Shown piece by piece: positions 61,173-64,000 of a DNA stretch of 64,000 nucleotides (its first letter is position 1; the number at the start of each line of letters is the position of its first letter). The position numbers and the translations under genes are program-made. Below the pieces are notes generated by a model, which saw only the letters and a program-made list of their open reading frames with translations, was not told where the DNA came from and ran no database searches. The stretch is taken from assembly GCA_973895155.1 (NCBI GenBank), contig OZ316895.1:2343659-2407658 (forward strand). The letters run 5' to 3'. This DNA comes from Marsupella aquatica. Its lineage: Eukaryota; Plantae; Marchantiophyta.

Positions 61173-61295
61173 TAATAGTTGATTATCCTCGTTGCGGTTG
61201 CGGAAGAGCCGAAGAGGGGATGCCAACCAGGAGCGAGGGAAGCGGGTGGTGGGACCCATACACCCCTTAGGCCGGATGTTTTTATGTATAGGACT

Positions 61296-61607
61296 AACCC
61301 ATGCCTTTGCCTTTGCACTAAATAAGAACCCATGTCTCTGCCTTTGAACTAAATATGACCCCATGCCTTTGCCTTTGCACTAAATATGAACCCATGTCTT
61401 TGCCTTTGAACTAAATATGACCCCCATGCCTTTGCCTTTGCACTAAATATGAACCCATGTCTCTGCCTTTGAACTAAATATGACCCCCATGCCTTTGCCT
61501 TTGCACTAAATATGAACCGATGTCTCTGCCTTTGAACTAAATATGAACCCATGTCTCTGCCTTTGAACTAAATATGAACCCATGTCTCTGCCTTTGCACT
61601 AAATATG
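61296..61607. repeat. Minisatellite with 31-32 bp units, about 10 copies
   Basis: Alternating variants ATGAACCCATGTCTCTGCCTTTGAACTAAAT and ATGACCCCCATGCCTTTGCCTTTGCACTAAAT, forming a roughly 63-bp higher-order dimer in the left part. Confidence 0.92.
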
Positions 61608-62589
61608 CTGAGGTGAGAAAAAAATGTTAAATTGGGTAACAAAATTCAAAGTAACAAAAGTATGCCAAGGAAATAATATATAGGGGTGAGGAAAAGATGT
61701 TAAGGAGATAAAAGATTTCTAGGGTGAATGAAAGATGTCATAGTGAAATAAAAACGTCAAAGGTGAAAAATGGCGAGATGAGAAAAAAATAAAATTCCAT
61801 GGTGAGAAAAAGGGTCTCAGGGAGAGAAAAAGTTGTCAAGAGAAAAGTTGTCAAGGGTGAGAAAAAAATGTAATGGACAGATAAAAATGTCAATATGAGA
61901 AAAAGATGAGAGGCAAGAGATGTTGAGGAGAGGTAAATATGTAAAAATTAGAAAAGATACGAAGGCAAGCAAAGATGTCAAGGCAATGAAAAAATATATA
62001 AACTTTGAGATGTACTTGTTGAGGCATGTTATGTGTGATCTCGGTCATACAGTTTTTATGATCATGTTCAATAATCTATTCGTTACAGATAGAAATTGGA
62101 GACACAAGATAGTGGTCACCCCATCATATAGTAGCAAAGCAAGGTAGCAAGTTGTTTTGGCAGCCAGATGTCAAGGCCAAGTCCTGGGCTACATGTAGGG
62201 GTTCCCCCCACTCAATGCTGCCTCTAATCAATGTGCACAGTCATTCGAGAGATGTTGCTTCTCAAATTTGAACTGTCTCGGCAGAGTGGTGAGTCGGGTG
62301 GTGAGTCTTGGTTGTCAGGGCAGCAGCCCTCTCCTCACTCCAAATGTGGCCCTACCTGAAGGAAATTTTGGTGGGCCAGGCCACCAGTCTTGTCCAGTGC
62401 AGTGACGTTTGAGAAATGCCTATACCCAGTCTAGCTCACCACAAATGCTTATGGCTGGTTGGTTTACCATGCCATGGGAATGCTCAAAAGCAGCAAGTTA
62501 AAAGTGGAATTGCTGCCAAACTTGGTGTTGGTAGCAGGCTTAAAAAACAGGCCACCTGGCCGAGGTCAACAGACAACAATTGTGGGATT

Positions 62590-62617
62590 TTTAGGGTAAA
62601 CCCTAAACCCTAAACCC
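62590..62617. repeat. Interstitial telomeric repeat with inverted junction
   Basis: TTTAGGGTAAACCCTAAACCCTAAACCC, the exact reverse complement of the junction at 28877-28904. Confidence 0.75.
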
Positions 62618-63843
62618 AACAGGCATGACTTATGACTCAAGTCCCTCTATTGCATGAAATTCAGCTAGTTTGTCAACTCTCCTAGTAAAAGTAAGTACAG
62701 GGAGCTGCATTAGGGGCATTGTACACAACATCATCAACAGCAGTTTACATTCTTTGTTTTGATAGAGACAATCTAGGCCATATTTGGCTTTACACAACCG
62801 TGGAAGCACATTGTGTATGCTTTACCAAACCTAATTGGCAGTGTAGTTCAATTTGGGCAAAACTCTAGACCATGGTGTAAAGTTTTGGACTCGTAGACAT
62901 CTCCCTCAGTTCTGTTGTTTGCATGAGAACAGGTCCCACAAAACCCAAAATTCGCGATCCACCATGACACTACGGTTTTATAACCCCCTTGTCAGTAGGT
63001 TCTCTGCTTCTATCATAGGGGAAACTGCCAACTTCATGTCCTTCACATCTTCTTTATTTTTCAGCTTATGGCTTAACAAGAGGCTGGAGGCAGAGTACAG
63101 GTCGAGTTAGCTTTTTTAAGCTAGGACTCTCCATGCTCCTGGCATTGTGGCTCAAACTACCTCTCCCATTAAGGATGTGCCTTTTTTTTCTTTTTTAATA
63201 ATTTTTAAAGCAATGGAGGGGCAGGCCCAATCGATTAAAAGAGGGGGCAAAAACCACCCAGTCAAAATGAGAGAGCACAAATTCACGGAGGGGAGGGTGC
63301 CTCTTACTACACGGGATGCACAATATCTTTTGTAAGCAAGATAGACTTGAAGATTCCGTTTACATTCATACCAACTCTCCTCCTTAGAAAGGTACACCCT
63401 TGTAGACAGAATGTTATAGTCTACTGACAAGCACAAAATCCAAACCAATCGAACAGTTAAGGAGAGACTTCTCAATATTGATACTACACAAATGCCTAGT
63501 ATTGACACTGTCAAGCCGTTTCAAATTACATTCAAATAGGGACAATACAGCTGTAATACAATGACCGATTCAAAACAAAGTTCCCAAACAAAGACCAGGT
63601 TACAAGTTCTGCAGGAAAACAAACTCGCAAGTTTATCTCACATAGCCGATCCCCACTTCAGGGGTCTAGGTACTCGATTACAAAACCCCCTCAAGCTGCC
63701 CGCCCTTGGGAATTACACATCCTATACCCCCCTCGTGAGTATTGGTTACCCTACAATCATCCCCAAAGTAGATTTCCCAGTGTTGCTCCACTATTTGTGT
63801 ATAGAGTAATGACAGTTTGGTCAGTCTATAACCTCGTGTCAAG

Positions 63844-63976
63844 AAAGTTTGGGGTTACTAGTTTGTAACCTTGTGACCAGAAAATGAGAAACTCCCAAAA
63901 TGAGAAACACCTACAGTAGTGGGGAAGTTTGGGGTTACTAGTTTGTAACATTATGACCAGAAAGTGCGAAACTCCT
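63844..63976. repeat. About 80-bp tandem duplication
   Basis: AAGTTT(T)GGGGTTACTAGTTTGTAAC..T.TGACCAGAAA.TG.GAAACTCC occurs twice. Confidence 0.7.
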
Positions 63977-64000
63977 AACTGGAAACTGCTAACTGACAGC

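Noticed and set aside
61296-61607. CRISPR array or repeat-protein ORFs (GSYLVQRQRHGF...)
   Set aside because: Pure tandem minisatellite; the ORFs are by-products of the repeat.
63509-63814. Solo LTR (TGTCA...TGACA)
   Set aside because: The flanks GACAC and GTTTG do not form a TSD, and no PBS, PPT or second copy was seen.

Overview
Eukaryotic nuclear DNA from a land plant: spliceosomal introns, TTTAGGG telomere-type repeats, and gene style suggesting a bryophyte or liverwort (taxon is inference). Six intron-containing host genes could be rebuilt by hand: SEC31 (5' part, minus), isoprenylcysteine carboxyl methyltransferase (minus), an EMB8/ABHD1-3-like alpha/beta hydrolase (plus), an Mpv17/PMP22 protein (minus), a clade II serine carboxypeptidase-like protein (minus) and a SAP-domain MOS11/SARNP protein (minus). 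The most notable element is a complete-structure but degenerate 5.07 kb PIF/Harbinger transposon (32995-38063) with TIRs, a TAA TSD, a Myb/SANT gene and a DDE transposase. Its transposase closely resembles the domesticated Polycomb antagonist ALP1 but keeps the D-D-E triad. A Tourist-like MITE is stacked on the same TAA, and a probable excision footprint lies in a neighbouring tandem copy of the target. The ICMT gene has one U12-type intron and one GC-AG intron. Intergenic DNA holds MITEs, a tRNA-derived SINE with a TSD, fold-back repeats, a 57-bp-arm hairpin, minisatellites and a recurrent inverted telomere-repeat junction. All coordinates were read by eye and protein similarities are from recall, not database searches.
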